Assembly: GCA_963692865.2 (NCBI GenBank)
Contig: OY843592.1
Coordinates: forward strand, 3,840,001 to 3,904,000
DNA from: a bacterium
GTDB taxonomy: Bacteria; UBA8248
Reading direction: 5' to 3'
DNA length: 64,000 nucleotides
Shown: piece after piece, positions 38,378 to 48,219 of the stretch
How positions within the stretch are numbered: position 1 is the first letter of the stretch
Layout of the letters: each line of letters begins with the position of its first letter
Notes under the pieces: generated by a model
Databases searched by the model: none
What the model saw: only the letters and a program-made list of their open reading frames with translations
What the model was told of the DNA's origin: nothing
Position numbers and translations under genes: made by a program

Positions 38378-39283
38378 ATGATGAAAATCGGATTTATCGG
38401 ACTGGGAAACATGGGGGCCGGCATGGCGGCCAACCTCCAGAAGGCGGGCTACGCGCTCGTCGTTCACGACATCGTGCGCGAGGCGGCGGTGGAACACTTG
38501 GAACGCGGCGCGCTCTGGGCGGATTCTCCCGAAGAGGCGGCCCGCGCGTGCGAGGTCGTCTTCACCTCGCTGCCGGGTCCAAAAGAAGTCGAGAGCGTGG
38601 CCACGGGGCCGAACGGGGTTCTCGCGGGCATCGGCGCGGGGAAGGTCTACGTCGACCTGAGCACGGGATACCCTTCAATCGTCCGAAGAATTCATGAGAA
38701 ATTCTCAGAAGCGGGCGCGCACATGCTCGACGCCCCCGTGAGCGGCTCCACCATCGGCGCGAACACGGGGCGTCTGGCCATCATGGTGGGGGGAGACGAG
38801 GAGGTGTATGAACGCTGCAAACCCCTTTTCGAGGCATTCGGCGACCGCCCCACCTACACCGGCCCGATCGGCACCGGCACCGTCTGCAAGCTCGCCCATA
38901 ACTGCATGAGTTACGGCATTCAGGCCCTCGCGGCGGAATGCTACACCCTGGGCGTCAAGGCGGGCGCCGCGCCCGAAGTATTGGCCGAGACGATCCGCAA
39001 CGGCGCGGTGGGCCGGGCCGTGCACTTCCACTTCATCTTCCCCGAGACTTTCTTCAAGGGGAAATTCGACGAACCCCACTTTCCCATGAAGGGATCGGTG
39101 AAGGACGTAGGCCTCGCGCTCAGGCTCGCCCGCGAGCACGACGTTCCCATGGCGATAGGCAACATCGCCTACGGGGAGCTCATCGCGGGGCTGAACCGGG
39201 GATGGGGGGAGGATGACGCGAGGCGCGCCATGACGCTCCAGGAAGAGCGCGCGGGCGGCGTGCAGATGAGAGTTTCAGAATAG
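38378..39283 (+). CDS. 3-hydroxyisobutyrate dehydrogenase-family NAD(P)-dependent oxidoreductase
   Basis: IGFIGLGNMG, FTSLPG, LDAPVSG, MVGGD, CKLAHN, KDVGLA. Confidence 0.92.
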   Translation: MMKIGFIGLGNMGAGMAANLQKAGYALVVHDIVREAAVEHLERGALWADSPEEAARACEVVFTSLPGPKEVESVATGPNGVLAGIGAGKVYVDLSTGYPSIVRRIHEKFSEAGAHMLDAPVSGSTIGANTGRLAIMVGGDEEVYERCKPLFEAFGDRPTYTGPIGTGTVCKLAHNCMSYGIQALAAECYTLGVKAGAAPEVLAETIRNGAVGRAVHFHFIFPETFFKGKFDEPHFPMKGSVKDVGLALRLAREHDVPMAIGNIAYGELIAGLNRGWGEDDARRAMTLQEERAGGVQMRVSE

Positions 39284-39370
39284 GAATTTCACGATTCATC
39301 CGACGGGATGCGCGTTCTTTCCGCCCGCTTTCCCGACGGAGCGGGTCATCGAGGAACGAGGAGTATTCGA

Positions 39371-40396
39371 ATGAAACACGGAATCGCCATGCTGCCACCC
39401 GCGCCCGAGACCTACGCGCACTGGTGCCGCCTCTCGGAAGAAGCGGGCTTCGACGTCATCTGGGTGCCGGACTCCCAATCCCTCTACCGGGAGCTTTACG
39501 TCTCGTGCGCCATCTGCGCGGCGAACACCACGCGCGTTCTGCTGGGGCCCAACGTCACCAACCCGCTCACGCGGCACCCCGCGACGGCGGCGAGCGCCAT
39601 CGCCACGGTGGATGAGTTCTCGGGCGGCCGCGCGCTGTTCGGGATCGCCACGGGCGACAGCGCCGTCCTGAATCTGGGCCTGCGCCCCGGCCGCGTGGAC
39701 GAGGTGCGCGATTACGTGCTCGCGATGCGCGGGATGCTGGAGGAGGGCGCCGCGCACTACCGGGGAAAACCCTGCGCGCTGAGTTGGCACAAAAAGCGGG
39801 TTCCGCTCTACATCGCCGCCGAGGGGCCGCGCACCATCCGTCTTGCGGGCGAGATAGCAGACGGCGTCACCATAGGGTGCGGCCTCACGCCCGAGGTGGT
39901 GGCGGATTCCCTCACCTGGCTGGAGGAGGGCGCCAGGAAATCGGGCCGCAAGGTGGACGATCTCGACGTCTGGTGGCTGGCGAAGGTGAACGTGCGCGAA
40001 GACGGCGAGCAAGCGCGCGAGGAAATCCGCATGGCGCTCGCCGCGAGCGCACACCACGCCTTCCGCTTCACGCTGGAGGGCAAGCGGGTGCCCGATGAGC
40101 TTCGCTCCGCCGTCGAAACCCTGAAAAAAGGATACGCGTTCCACGAGCACGAGATGGTGGACAAGCAGACGAACGCCGAACTCGTGGACGGGCTCGGCCT
40201 TCGCGAATACCTGCTGGATCGCTTCGCCGTCGCGGGCGACGCCGCGGAATGCGTGAAGCGGGTCCGCGAACTCGAAGCGACGGGCGTGGGGGCATTGAGA
40301 ATCGCCGCCCACGTGCACGACAAACCCGCCTTCATCCGGGCGTGGGGCCGCGATATCATCAGCGCAACCAAGCAACCACAGAGGACATCTTCATGA
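39371..40396 (+). CDS. Mer-like LLM class (probably F420-dependent) reductase, copy 1
   Basis: GFDVIWVPDSQ, GPNVTNPLTRHP, GIATGDSAV, YIAAEGPRT.RLAGEIADG. Confidence 0.88.
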   Translation: MKHGIAMLPPAPETYAHWCRLSEEAGFDVIWVPDSQSLYRELYVSCAICAANTTRVLLGPNVTNPLTRHPATAASAIATVDEFSGGRALFGIATGDSAVLNLGLRPGRVDEVRDYVLAMRGMLEEGAAHYRGKPCALSWHKKRVPLYIAAEGPRTIRLAGEIADGVTIGCGLTPEVVADSLTWLEEGARKSGRKVDDLDVWWLAKVNVREDGEQAREEIRMALAASAHHAFRFTLEGKRVPDELRSAVETLKKGYAFHEHEMVDKQTNAELVDGLGLREYLLDRFAVAGDAAECVKRVRELEATGVGALRIAAHVHDKPAFIRAWGRDIISATKQPQRTSS

Positions 40397-41394
40397 GACA
40401 CGGCATTTCCTTCAGACCGCCCGATACGGATTCGTTCGCACGGTGGTGCAGGCGCGCGGAAGAACTCGGCTTCGACGCGGTGTTCATCCCCGATACGCAA
40501 TCCCTTTACCGGGAGGTCTATGTCTCTTGCGCGATTTGCGCGATGGAGACGAGCGGGATCATCTTCGGCCCGTGCGTCACGAACCCCGTCACGCGCCATC
40601 CGGCGGTGGCCGCGAGCGCCATCGGCACCATCAGCGAGCTCTCCGGCGGGCGCGCCTTCTGGGGGATCGCCACGGGCGACAGCGCGGTGTTGAACTTAGG
40701 ATTAAGGCCCGCGAAGCTCGCCGAGATGCGCGAATACATCCTCGCCGTGCGGGGGATGCTCGAAGAAGGAAGCGCCGAGTACAAGGGCAGGCCCAACCGG
40801 CTGAGCTGGCACAAATCACACGTGCCCATACACATCGCCGCGGAAGGCCCCAGGACGCTGCGCCTGGCGGGCGAGGTGGGGGACGGCGTCATCATCGGAA
40901 CAGGCTTAATCCCCGAGGTCATCGCGGACACGCTCTCCTTCATCGACGAGGGCGCCAGAAAATCTGGCCGGAGGGTGGAGGATCTCGACCTCTGGTGGCT
41001 GGTGGACGCCCACGTGGACGCGGACGGCGAGCGCGCCCGCGAGGACATCCGCACCGCCCTCGCCGCGAGCGCGCACCACTCGTTCGCCTTCACGATGGAG
41101 AACAAGCGAATCCCCAGGGAACTCGCATCCGGCATCCGCGCGCTGAGAGACGGATACCAGACTTCGGAGCACGGCTTCATGGATAAATCCAACAATGCGG
41201 CGCTCGTCGATCAGTACGGCCTCAGGGACTACCTCGCCGAGCGGTTCGCGGTCGTCGGCACGCCCGAAGAATGCAGGAAGAGACTCGAAGATCTCGAAAG
41301 CCTGGGCGTCACGGGGCTTCGCATCAACAACAACCTGCCCGACAGGACCGTCTTCATGAACGCCTGGGCGAAGGACGTGCGGGGGGTTGCTTAG
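40393..41394 (+). CDS. Mer-like LLM class (probably F420-dependent) reductase, copy 2
   Basis: Same motifs as upstream paralog; ATGA overlap. Confidence 0.88.
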   Translation: MRHGISFRPPDTDSFARWCRRAEELGFDAVFIPDTQSLYREVYVSCAICAMETSGIIFGPCVTNPVTRHPAVAASAIGTISELSGGRAFWGIATGDSAVLNLGLRPAKLAEMREYILAVRGMLEEGSAEYKGRPNRLSWHKSHVPIHIAAEGPRTLRLAGEVGDGVIIGTGLIPEVIADTLSFIDEGARKSGRRVEDLDLWWLVDAHVDADGERAREDIRTALAASAHHSFAFTMENKRIPRELASGIRALRDGYQTSEHGFMDKSNNAALVDQYGLRDYLAERFAVVGTPEECRKRLEDLESLGVTGLRINNNLPDRTVFMNAWAKDVRGVA

Positions 41395-41474
41395 GAAGTA
41401 TTCATGGCCGGGCTAATGGGCAGCGGGCGGAGTGGATCGCTAAAGAATTTTGACGGCTTTACTTCAGAGTGGAT

Positions 41475-42068
41475 TCAACCACGAAAAGAATCGACTCCTT
41501 TATAATTGAGTACTGCGTTTGATTTGAGGCTCTTGATCAAAATGGCCTCTACTTGTTTACGCAATGTATCGTCCTCAATCTCAATATAAGAAGCCTGTTC
41601 GACTATCGGAGATTTGAACCAGAACTTTTCGAAATGTTGTTTCAAACGATTCTTTATGTTCTTGGATTGTCCGATGTAAATCAGGCGATCGCTTATATCG
41701 TAAAGCAGATAAACACCGGAAGTGGTAGGCCACTCTTCTTCATCATGCGGCGAAAAATCTTGGATTGACCCCAAGCCTTCTATGCGGGAGGCTTCGGCAG
41801 TATCTTTTGAATTCTCAACATCGCCTCGCGTCCATCGGTAAGTGCGATCTCCCCTTACCATCGCCCTCCGCTTTCGGAAGCCAAGGTTGCGGAGGCACTC
41901 GGCAATCCTCATCTGCGTGGGCCTGTCCAGCTTGTCCTCGTCAATGCGCAGAACATCCCGAGCGATTTCAGCAAGTGTCATATCTCCGCCATCATACGCC
42001 GAAAAGAACTCCTCGATGAAGTTTTCCCACTCGTCTATTGAGTGTTGCTCCTCGTATCGCAGCCTCAT
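41475..42068 (-). CDS. GIY-YIG nuclease domain protein with N-terminal helical DNA-binding-like domain
   Basis: GVYLLY..LIYIGQSKNIKNRLKQH..EAILI..LN; lower-GC segment; SD GAGGGAGG before ATG 42068. Confidence 0.75.
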   Translation of the reverse strand: MRLRYEEQHSIDEWENFIEEFFSAYDGGDMTLAEIARDVLRIDEDKLDRPTQMRIAECLRNLGFRKRRAMVRGDRTYRWTRGDVENSKDTAEASRIEGLGSIQDFSPHDEEEWPTTSGVYLLYDISDRLIYIGQSKNIKNRLKQHFEKFWFKSPIVEQASYIEIEDDTLRKQVEAILIKSLKSNAVLNYKGVDSFRG

Positions 42069-42373
42069 TCCCTCCCTCAATACTATAAATCGTCGGGGCA
42101 GACACACCAGACGCTTGAACCTAACTTGTTCATGGTAAGGCGTCAAGAATTTCCCAGTCGGGTTTCGGAGCATGATTTCTTCGGAAATCCTATGCCTTTA
42201 CTTCCCGAAAACCACTCTGGAACCCTCCCTTCCCCTCGAACCACAGCGGTTAGAATTGCTGGGAATTATCGCGACAGGCGGATTCGAACTCCCCGGAGGT
42301 TCATTCACAAGAGGTTGGACATGAGCGAACCGACTTGCCGCCGATTAGTTAAAGGAACACAGGAAATTACACG

Positions 42374-42568
42374 CTATTTCTCGGTATCTTCCAACCCTTT
42401 GTTGTAGCCGAGAGCGTAGATACAAAAAGGACATTTGCCAGCAGCCATCACCCTGCCCATGGGCGCATCAGGTAGCTGTTCTATCTTTTCCAGGAGAACT
42501 CTTGTTTTCTCTGGTATTTCTCGATGAGATGGTACGCTGTGTTTCGTGCAATTATTTCCAGGCCCCAT
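42374..42568 (-). CDS. Small Cys/His-containing hypothetical protein
   Basis: C..H..CPFC.YALGY pattern in low-GC island. Confidence 0.35.
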   Translation of the reverse strand: MGPGNNCTKHSVPSHREIPEKTRVLLEKIEQLPDAPMGRVMAAGKCPFCIYALGYNKGLEDTEK

Positions 42569-42658
42569 TAAATTTCTCTTTTCATAGGGATTTAACGCCA
42601 AGTATTCGTCGGGTTTGTTTTTCCTGCGCCAATCCCGACCTGCCCGACAGGACGGTTT

Positions 42659-43432
42659 TCATGAACGCATAATCGCGACTTCCGGCAATTCCGCATCCGG
42701 TTCCAACGGCAGAATTGCACGCGCTTGCGTGTAATCTCCCTCCTGCACAATTGGTGTAATTTTGCTGACTTGCCGCACCGCTATAGGGTGGCCATTGGTC
42801 GGGTCGCGACTCACCAATCCTTCCACGACAGCGTGTTTTCCCCAAACTTCTCTCATGAGATCTTCCTGACCAGATTGCAAATAACACGAAACCGGACGGT
42901 CATTCAGAGCGTCATATAGAGTGAATCGCAACACGTTTCGCTTTGTTAATGTCTGAACTTCTCCCTCCACGGCGCCAAAGGCCACAGATATTACATTTCC
43001 CGGCAGACTTAAAACGTTGTCCGCCGCTCTCGGCTTACCAGTTGGAGGATTATGCAAGATTACCGTTTCCTCTTGTGTCTCAAATCGGACTCGTTTGACG
43101 CCATTTCCAACCAAGCGTCCAAGTTTCATCGCTGGACCGGAAATTTTTCGTCCACGATCAATCCGAACATTTTCTCTAAGCGCTCTGCCAACGTCATTGT
43201 ACCCTCTTACAACCCGTTCGACCCTTTCCGATTGAAGGCTATATCCTTTAATGGTCGCTAATGCGCTCCCGGGCTGAAGGTCTTCGATCTTCCACTCAAT
43301 ACCGCCTCCCTCCTCAACCGTTAACGCACTGACGAGGCTATTCAGCGATTTTATCGCGGTGGCGAACGTCTCAAGAGTGACATCGCCTTCCAGCATCAGC
43401 GTAATCGTGTCAGGAGTCATTACTTCCCCCAT
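42659..43432 (-). CDS. Hypothetical protein in low-GC island
   Basis: 257-aa ORF with natural composition; no motif recognised with certainty. Confidence 0.6.
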   Translation of the reverse strand: MGEVMTPDTITLMLEGDVTLETFATAIKSLNSLVSALTVEEGGGIEWKIEDLQPGSALATIKGYSLQSERVERVVRGYNDVGRALRENVRIDRGRKISGPAMKLGRLVGNGVKRVRFETQEETVILHNPPTGKPRAADNVLSLPGNVISVAFGAVEGEVQTLTKRNVLRFTLYDALNDRPVSCYLQSGQEDLMREVWGKHAVVEGLVSRDPTNGHPIAVRQVSKITPIVQEGDYTQARAILPLEPDAELPEVAIMRS

Positions 43433-43698
43433 ATGGGGTTCCTAAAGGATGCGGTATTGATGGATATCCTAATCAGGATATCAATATGTCTAAGCCTATT
43501 GTCTCAAAATTTGCGTGTCAATCAATTCCCAATTCAGACCAAAACACCCCCAAAATCTCGTATTGATCCGAGAAGCGGATGCAGTTACGGCGCGAAAAAC
43601 TCTTTCTTCCCTCAGGCAGCGCCTTCGGTTAGAATGGCCGGAAATGATCGAAACGAGTGAATTCGACCTCCCCGAAAAACCTCACAATGGAGGATCAC

Positions 43699-44253
43699 AT
43701 GAGCGAAATGACGAAGGAGAAGGAAAAGATTCTCGTCTATGAACCCGTGGCGGAGGCGCCGGGCGCGGGCGCCGTCATGGCCGCGCGGCCCGAGAGCCTG
43801 AGCGGCAAGAGCGTGGGCCTCATCAACAACACCAAGGATTTCACGGATGAGATTTTCGACGTCATGGGCGCCGCGCTCGAAGAACAGTTCCCCGGCGTGC
43901 GCGTCGTGCGCTACAGGAAGGAATCCGTGAGCGGCGCATCGCCCGCCTTGATGGAGCAGGTGGAAGGAGAGTGCGACGCCGTCGTTTCCGCCCTCGGCGA
44001 CTGAGGCTCGTGCACGTCGTGGAGTATCCACGACAGCGTCGCCCTGGAGAAGAGAGGGCTTCCCACGGTCACGGTCGTCACCGACGCATTCGAGGCCTAC
44101 GCCAAACAGCTCACCAGGCTGCACAAGATGAGCGAACTTCCCCTCGTTACCCTGCCCCATCCCATCGCGGGCAGAAAGCGCGAGGAGGTGGACGAGATGT
44201 CGGCGAAGGCGAGCGCGCATCTGGCGTCCGCCCTCACGCAGGCGAGCGCTTGA
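43699..44253 (+). CDS. UGSC-motif selenoprotein candidate (in-frame UGA at 44002)
   Basis: LSGKSVGLINNTK..DAVVSALGD-[TGA]-GSCTSWSIHD..EKRGLPTV..PHPIAG; frame stays open to TGA 44251; SECIS-like hairpin 44016-44034. Confidence 0.9.
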
Positions 44254-44260
44254 TATCGGC

Positions 44261-45361
44261 ATGGACGCGCCAGAGCCCGCCCGCCGGATAGCGCTCGACG
44301 AAGACGCGGGCGCGATATACGAACACTTCTACGAGGAGGGCTGGACGGACGGGCTGCCCGTCATCCCGCCGACCGAGGAGCGCGTCTTAGAGACCCTTCG
44401 CTTCACGGACTATGCGCCGCACGACGTCATCGCCCACGTTCCGCCCCGGAATGCCCCGGCGACGGTGGAGATCATCGCCATCAACGCCGTGATGGCGGGC
44501 TGCAGGCCGGAATACCTGCCCGTTCTCATCGCCGCCGTTCAGGCCATGACGGAGCCGGCCTACAACCTCTACGGCCGCCAGACGACCACGCACCCCGGCG
44601 CGCACCTGATGATCGTCCACGGGCCGGTTCGGAACGAACTCGAAGTCAACTGCCGCCAGAACGTGTTCGGGCAGGGCCGTCGCGCCAACGCGACGCTCGG
44701 CCGCGCGGTGCGGCTCCTGATGATGAACGCCGGCGGCGGCATCCCCGGCGTGACGGACATGGCCACCCACGGGCATCCGGGCAAATACGCCTACACCATC
44801 GGCGAGGACGAGGAGGGAAGCCCCTGGCCGCCCTTTCACGTGGATAGAGGATTCGCGCCCGATACCTCCGCCGTCACCATGCTCTGCGCCGAATCGCCCC
44901 ACAACGTGAACGACCTCGTGAGCAAGACGCCGCATAAATACCTCGGCACGGCGGCTTCGGCCATGAGCCACCTGGGCGCCAACGGCGTCTACCGGAGCGG
45001 GCTGCCGAGCGAGCAGATGCTGGTGCTGACCGCGGAAGCGGCGACGTGGCTGTCGAATCAGGGGTGGTCGAAGGCCGACGTATCCCAGTTCATCTTCGAG
45101 AACGCGCGTCAGCCGATCCGCCTCATGCGCGACCGCGGCGGCTTCGACATGACGCCGCTCGCCCCCTTCGTGAACACGGACGAGGATGAGGACATGGCCC
45201 CCATCGTCCCGAGGCCGGAAGACATCCTCATCGTGGTCGCCGGCGGCCACGGCCGCCACATGCAGGCCGTCTTGACTGCGAGCTACAACCTGAGCGTCAC
45301 CAAAGCCATCACCAGAAAAGACGGAACGCCGCTCGGGTCTGTAAGGGAGTTCGTGGAGTGA
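44261..45361 (+). CDS. UGSC-associated conserved protein
   Basis: WTDGLPVIPPTEERV, IAINAVMAGCRPEY, RANATLGRA, HPGKY, EDEEGSPW; family commonly found beside UGSC proteins. Confidence 0.75.
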   Translation: MDAPEPARRIALDEDAGAIYEHFYEEGWTDGLPVIPPTEERVLETLRFTDYAPHDVIAHVPPRNAPATVEIIAINAVMAGCRPEYLPVLIAAVQAMTEPAYNLYGRQTTTHPGAHLMIVHGPVRNELEVNCRQNVFGQGRRANATLGRAVRLLMMNAGGGIPGVTDMATHGHPGKYAYTIGEDEEGSPWPPFHVDRGFAPDTSAVTMLCAESPHNVNDLVSKTPHKYLGTAASAMSHLGANGVYRSGLPSEQMLVLTAEAATWLSNQGWSKADVSQFIFENARQPIRLMRDRGGFDMTPLAPFVNTDEDEDMAPIVPRPEDILIVVAGGHGRHMQAVLTASYNLSVTKAITRKDGTPLGSVREFVE

Positions 45362-45379
45362 GGGGGGCAAATCTCCGAA

Positions 45380-45871
45380 TTACTCATAAGGTAGCGTGTG
45401 CGTCTGGATAACCTCGATATCGAAGTATCGCTCCATCTGCTTTATGCCTTGATCGTCCGAGTAAATCGTACTTTCATTTTGAGCGAGAGCGACGGCGACG
45501 ATTTGCCTGTCGTATTTGAGTTGTGCTTTCGTAAACGGAGATTGGGATTCGAACACGCGGTTCTCGTGAATTTTCTGTGTGACATGGACAAGCTTTTTCA
45601 CGGCATCAATGTCAAAACCTGCAATATGAAAGTGGCGGGATTGCTGGAGTATGGAAATCCACTCTTCTATGTTTCCTCTTGCAATAACGAGCACTTCCGC
45701 CAGTGCGGGAGTGGGTATGATGATTGGCTGGGATTTTGATTCCATATCGCGGATGAGATATTCGATCCGCTGACTCACATTGGCTAGGGGCTCACCGGTG
45801 GCGGGATCACTAGGTGGCTTGGCGTTCGGCTGCACCAAAAACATGAGAGTCGTTGCATCGAATACCGGCAT
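45380..45871 (-). CDS. PIN-domain (VapC-like) protein
   Basis: VFDAT, IIIPTPALAEVL, KYDRQIVAVA, IYSDD acidic PIN residues; low GC. Confidence 0.75.
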   Translation of the reverse strand: MPVFDATTLMFLVQPNAKPPSDPATGEPLANVSQRIEYLIRDMESKSQPIIIPTPALAEVLVIARGNIEEWISILQQSRHFHIAGFDIDAVKKLVHVTQKIHENRVFESQSPFTKAQLKYDRQIVAVALAQNESTIYSDDQGIKQMERYFDIEVIQTHTLPYE

Positions 45872-46089
45872 TACTTTCTAATCTCGACGCCTCGTTCCCT
45901 CATGAGTTCGGCATACGGGTCATCGACGCCATCGAACAACCCCAAACCTCTCATTTTGCGAACAACCGAACCGATCGACTCTTCGGCGGGTTCACGCCCA
46001 CTCGTTATATGCTCATCTTCTTGAAAATGGTTGTTGTTCCCAACGCCAAATTCAAGATTCGTTTTCTCTTCCTGATTTTTGTCGTCCAT
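45871..46089 (-). CDS. Small acidic protein, putative antitoxin
   Basis: 72 aa, stop overlaps PIN start, SD GGGGAG. Confidence 0.5.
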   Translation of the reverse strand: MDDKNQEEKTNLEFGVGNNNHFQEDEHITSGREPAEESIGSVVRKMRGLGLFDGVDDPYAELMRERGVEIRK

Positions 46090-46201
46090 GGCTCTCTCCC
46101 CTTGGACTCAATTATCCAGGAAACAGGAAATTCATACAAGCGAGAGGTTTTTGCGCCTCTTCCAACCGAGCCTCCCTTTCGCATGAAATCCGCACTCTCC
46201 C

Positions 46202-47575
46202 CTACCCATCCACGCTCATGCCGAACTGGCCCGCGAGGTGGGTGATGAGCCTGCCGGCGGCGTCATCGCTCATCCAGCCGCGTGAGGTGGCCGTCTCGAG
46301 CGCGGCGCTCACGCGCAGGAGCGCCTGGGACATCTTCTCGGTGTCGCGCACGGAGATATCCGGCAGAACGGGCGAGACGCCCGAGCGCAGCGCTTCTTCA
46401 CTCAGCGCGCCCGCGCGGCGGGCTTCCTCCAACTGCTTGTCGGCCATGGCCTGCAGGATATGGCGCACGGTGCGCTGGCGGCGCGTCATCTTCTTGAGCG
46501 TGGGCTGATCCATCGACTCGGCCGAGGCGCGGTTCACGTCCTCTCCCTGGGCGAACCAGTGGGAGGGAACGCCCACGCCGCCGAGCAGCAGGCCGCGCAT
46601 CATCTTGGCGATCCCCTGCGCGCCGGACTCGCCGCCTTTCAAGTCGGGCGAGACGGCTTGCCACTCCTCTTTCTCGTTGTGAACGCGCACGCTGGAGGGC
46701 TTGGGCGCGACGCCGTTCTCGGCGAGCCACTCGGCTATCTTCTCGGGGCCCGCGCCCTTGAGCGTTACGTCGTAGATGAAGCTGTTCTGCAGGCGCGCGC
46801 GCTCCACGGCGTCGAATATGAAGCGCTCGTAGGTGTCTATCCAGTCGATGGCGGCGAGCAGATCGGAAGCCCCGCGCGCGGCGTCGCTCGCCTTGTTTAT
46901 CTGGAACAGGAACGCCTCCCCGTCTGTGAAGCGCGCCCGCTCCTTCTGCGCGGAGGCGCTCAGGTAGCCGCGCGGGTCGCCGCCCAGCGCCGTCCGGATG
47001 CGCTTGCCCTTTCGCGCCGCCCCGCCCGGACCGTCTGCGCGCAGGACGACCCCTACGGCCAGGGCGCAGTTGTCCGGGTCCATCACCACCTCCTCTATCA
47101 GGCGCGGGCTGACGTAGCCGAGCCGGACGCGCCCCTCGAAGCGCGAGACGGCGACGGGCAGGAGGAGTTCCCCGAAGATGCCGAGTTCGGAGACCAGCCG
47201 CTCGAAGCGGATGTCCATCTGGTTCACGGGGTCGGCCCAGAACGCCTTCACGGCGCGCAGGGCGCGCTCATCCTCCCCGTGCCAGCTCACCCCCTCGCCC
47301 ACGACGTGGTCCGTAACGATCTCGATCAGCCGCTGGCCCATCAGGTTCGTGAGCCAAAGCTCATACGCCAGCGCCTGCATGCGCGCGTGGGTGTAGGGCG
47401 AAACCCCGCCGCGCCCCTCGCCCAGGGGCCGCCATATCCGCTCGTCCGGATCAATCGCCGCGCTCATTCGCCCCGAGCGCCGCGCGGCCGCCTTCACTCT
47501 CCCGGCATCTCCCTTGTTCCCGGGTCCCGACTTCCGCCCGGGAGCCTTCACCCTCTTTACACTCTCCATCCTCAT
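46202..47575 (-). CDS. Phage portal protein
   Basis: RLIEIVTDHVVGEG, FWADPVN, ELGIFGE, RGASDL, VRVHNEKEEW, GVPSHWF..DVNRASA, RRQ; directly after terminase. Confidence 0.82.
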   Translation of the reverse strand: MRMESVKRVKAPGRKSGPGNKGDAGRVKAAARRSGRMSAAIDPDERIWRPLGEGRGGVSPYTHARMQALAYELWLTNLMGQRLIEIVTDHVVGEGVSWHGEDERALRAVKAFWADPVNQMDIRFERLVSELGIFGELLLPVAVSRFEGRVRLGYVSPRLIEEVVMDPDNCALAVGVVLRADGPGGAARKGKRIRTALGGDPRGYLSASAQKERARFTDGEAFLFQINKASDAARGASDLLAAIDWIDTYERFIFDAVERARLQNSFIYDVTLKGAGPEKIAEWLAENGVAPKPSSVRVHNEKEEWQAVSPDLKGGESGAQGIAKMMRGLLLGGVGVPSHWFAQGEDVNRASAESMDQPTLKKMTRRQRTVRHILQAMADKQLEEARRAGALSEEALRSGVSPVLPDISVRDTEKMSQALLRVSAALETATSRGWMSDDAAGRLITHLAGQFGMSVDG

Positions 47576-48219
47576 CTCCTCTCGATCATCCGCTGGTGAT
47601 AAGTCCGCGGCGTCACCGTGCCCCCGGCGAAGGGGGCCAGCACGCCCTCGCTCCGCGCCAGGGACTCGGCCAGCCGCGCATAGGCGCAGGCGAAGCCGAA
47701 GTGGTTCTCGTTCCGCTCATACGCCAGCGCCGTCTCCCCGGAGGAGCGGACGCGCGGCTTTTTTCTCAAATTCATCAGGTGACGCTCCACCTCGTTCAGG
47801 AGCGCCTCCTCCCCGGTGTCCTTTGGACTCGGCAGCAGGACACGCCCGGCGCCCTCGTGGAACTCCTCCACCAGGTGATCGAGCAAATCCTCGCGGTTCA
47901 TGCGCACGTGGCGGCGCTCGACCCCCAGAAACGAGACATCCTTGATCTGCATCTCGCCCTCGGTGTGCCGCCAGATGAAGCCGCCGTCCGGATTCAAGTC
48001 GTACACCGCGCGCGCCTCCCGGGTGTGGGGTCCGCCGTCTATGACGAACGCCTCCACGCCCAGGCCCGAGAACACGGCGCGGCACCGCGCGATGAGCCGC
48101 TCGACGGGCAGGGATTCGAAATATATCCACCGGGCGGGCCGGCCCTCCCCGTGTTCGCGCACTGCAAGCGCGCAGGCGTCGCCCGTGTCGATTCCGCAGA
48201 AACGATGCGCCGCGCTCAC
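47572..48219 (-). CDS. Terminase large subunit, C-terminal RNase H-like nuclease domain as a separate gene
   Basis: GTG start overlapping upstream TGA (GTGA) with SD GGAGG 7 nt upstream; FCGIDTG, VIDGGP, NHFGFACAY. Confidence 0.78.
   Translation of the reverse strand: MSAAHRFCGIDTGDACALAVREHGEGRPARWIYFESLPVERLIARCRAVFSGLGVEAFVIDGGPHTREARAVYDLNPDGGFIWRHTEGEMQIKDVSFLGVERRHVRMNREDLLDHLVEEFHEGAGRVLLPSPKDTGEEALLNEVERHLMNLRKKPRVRSSGETALAYERNENHFGFACAYARLAESLARSEGVLAPFAGGTVTPRTYHQRMIERR

Noticed and set aside
48216-48218. Terminase TGA as selenocysteine readthrough
   Set aside because: The nuclease part is in a different frame with its own SD and start, and no SECIS-like hairpin is evident.
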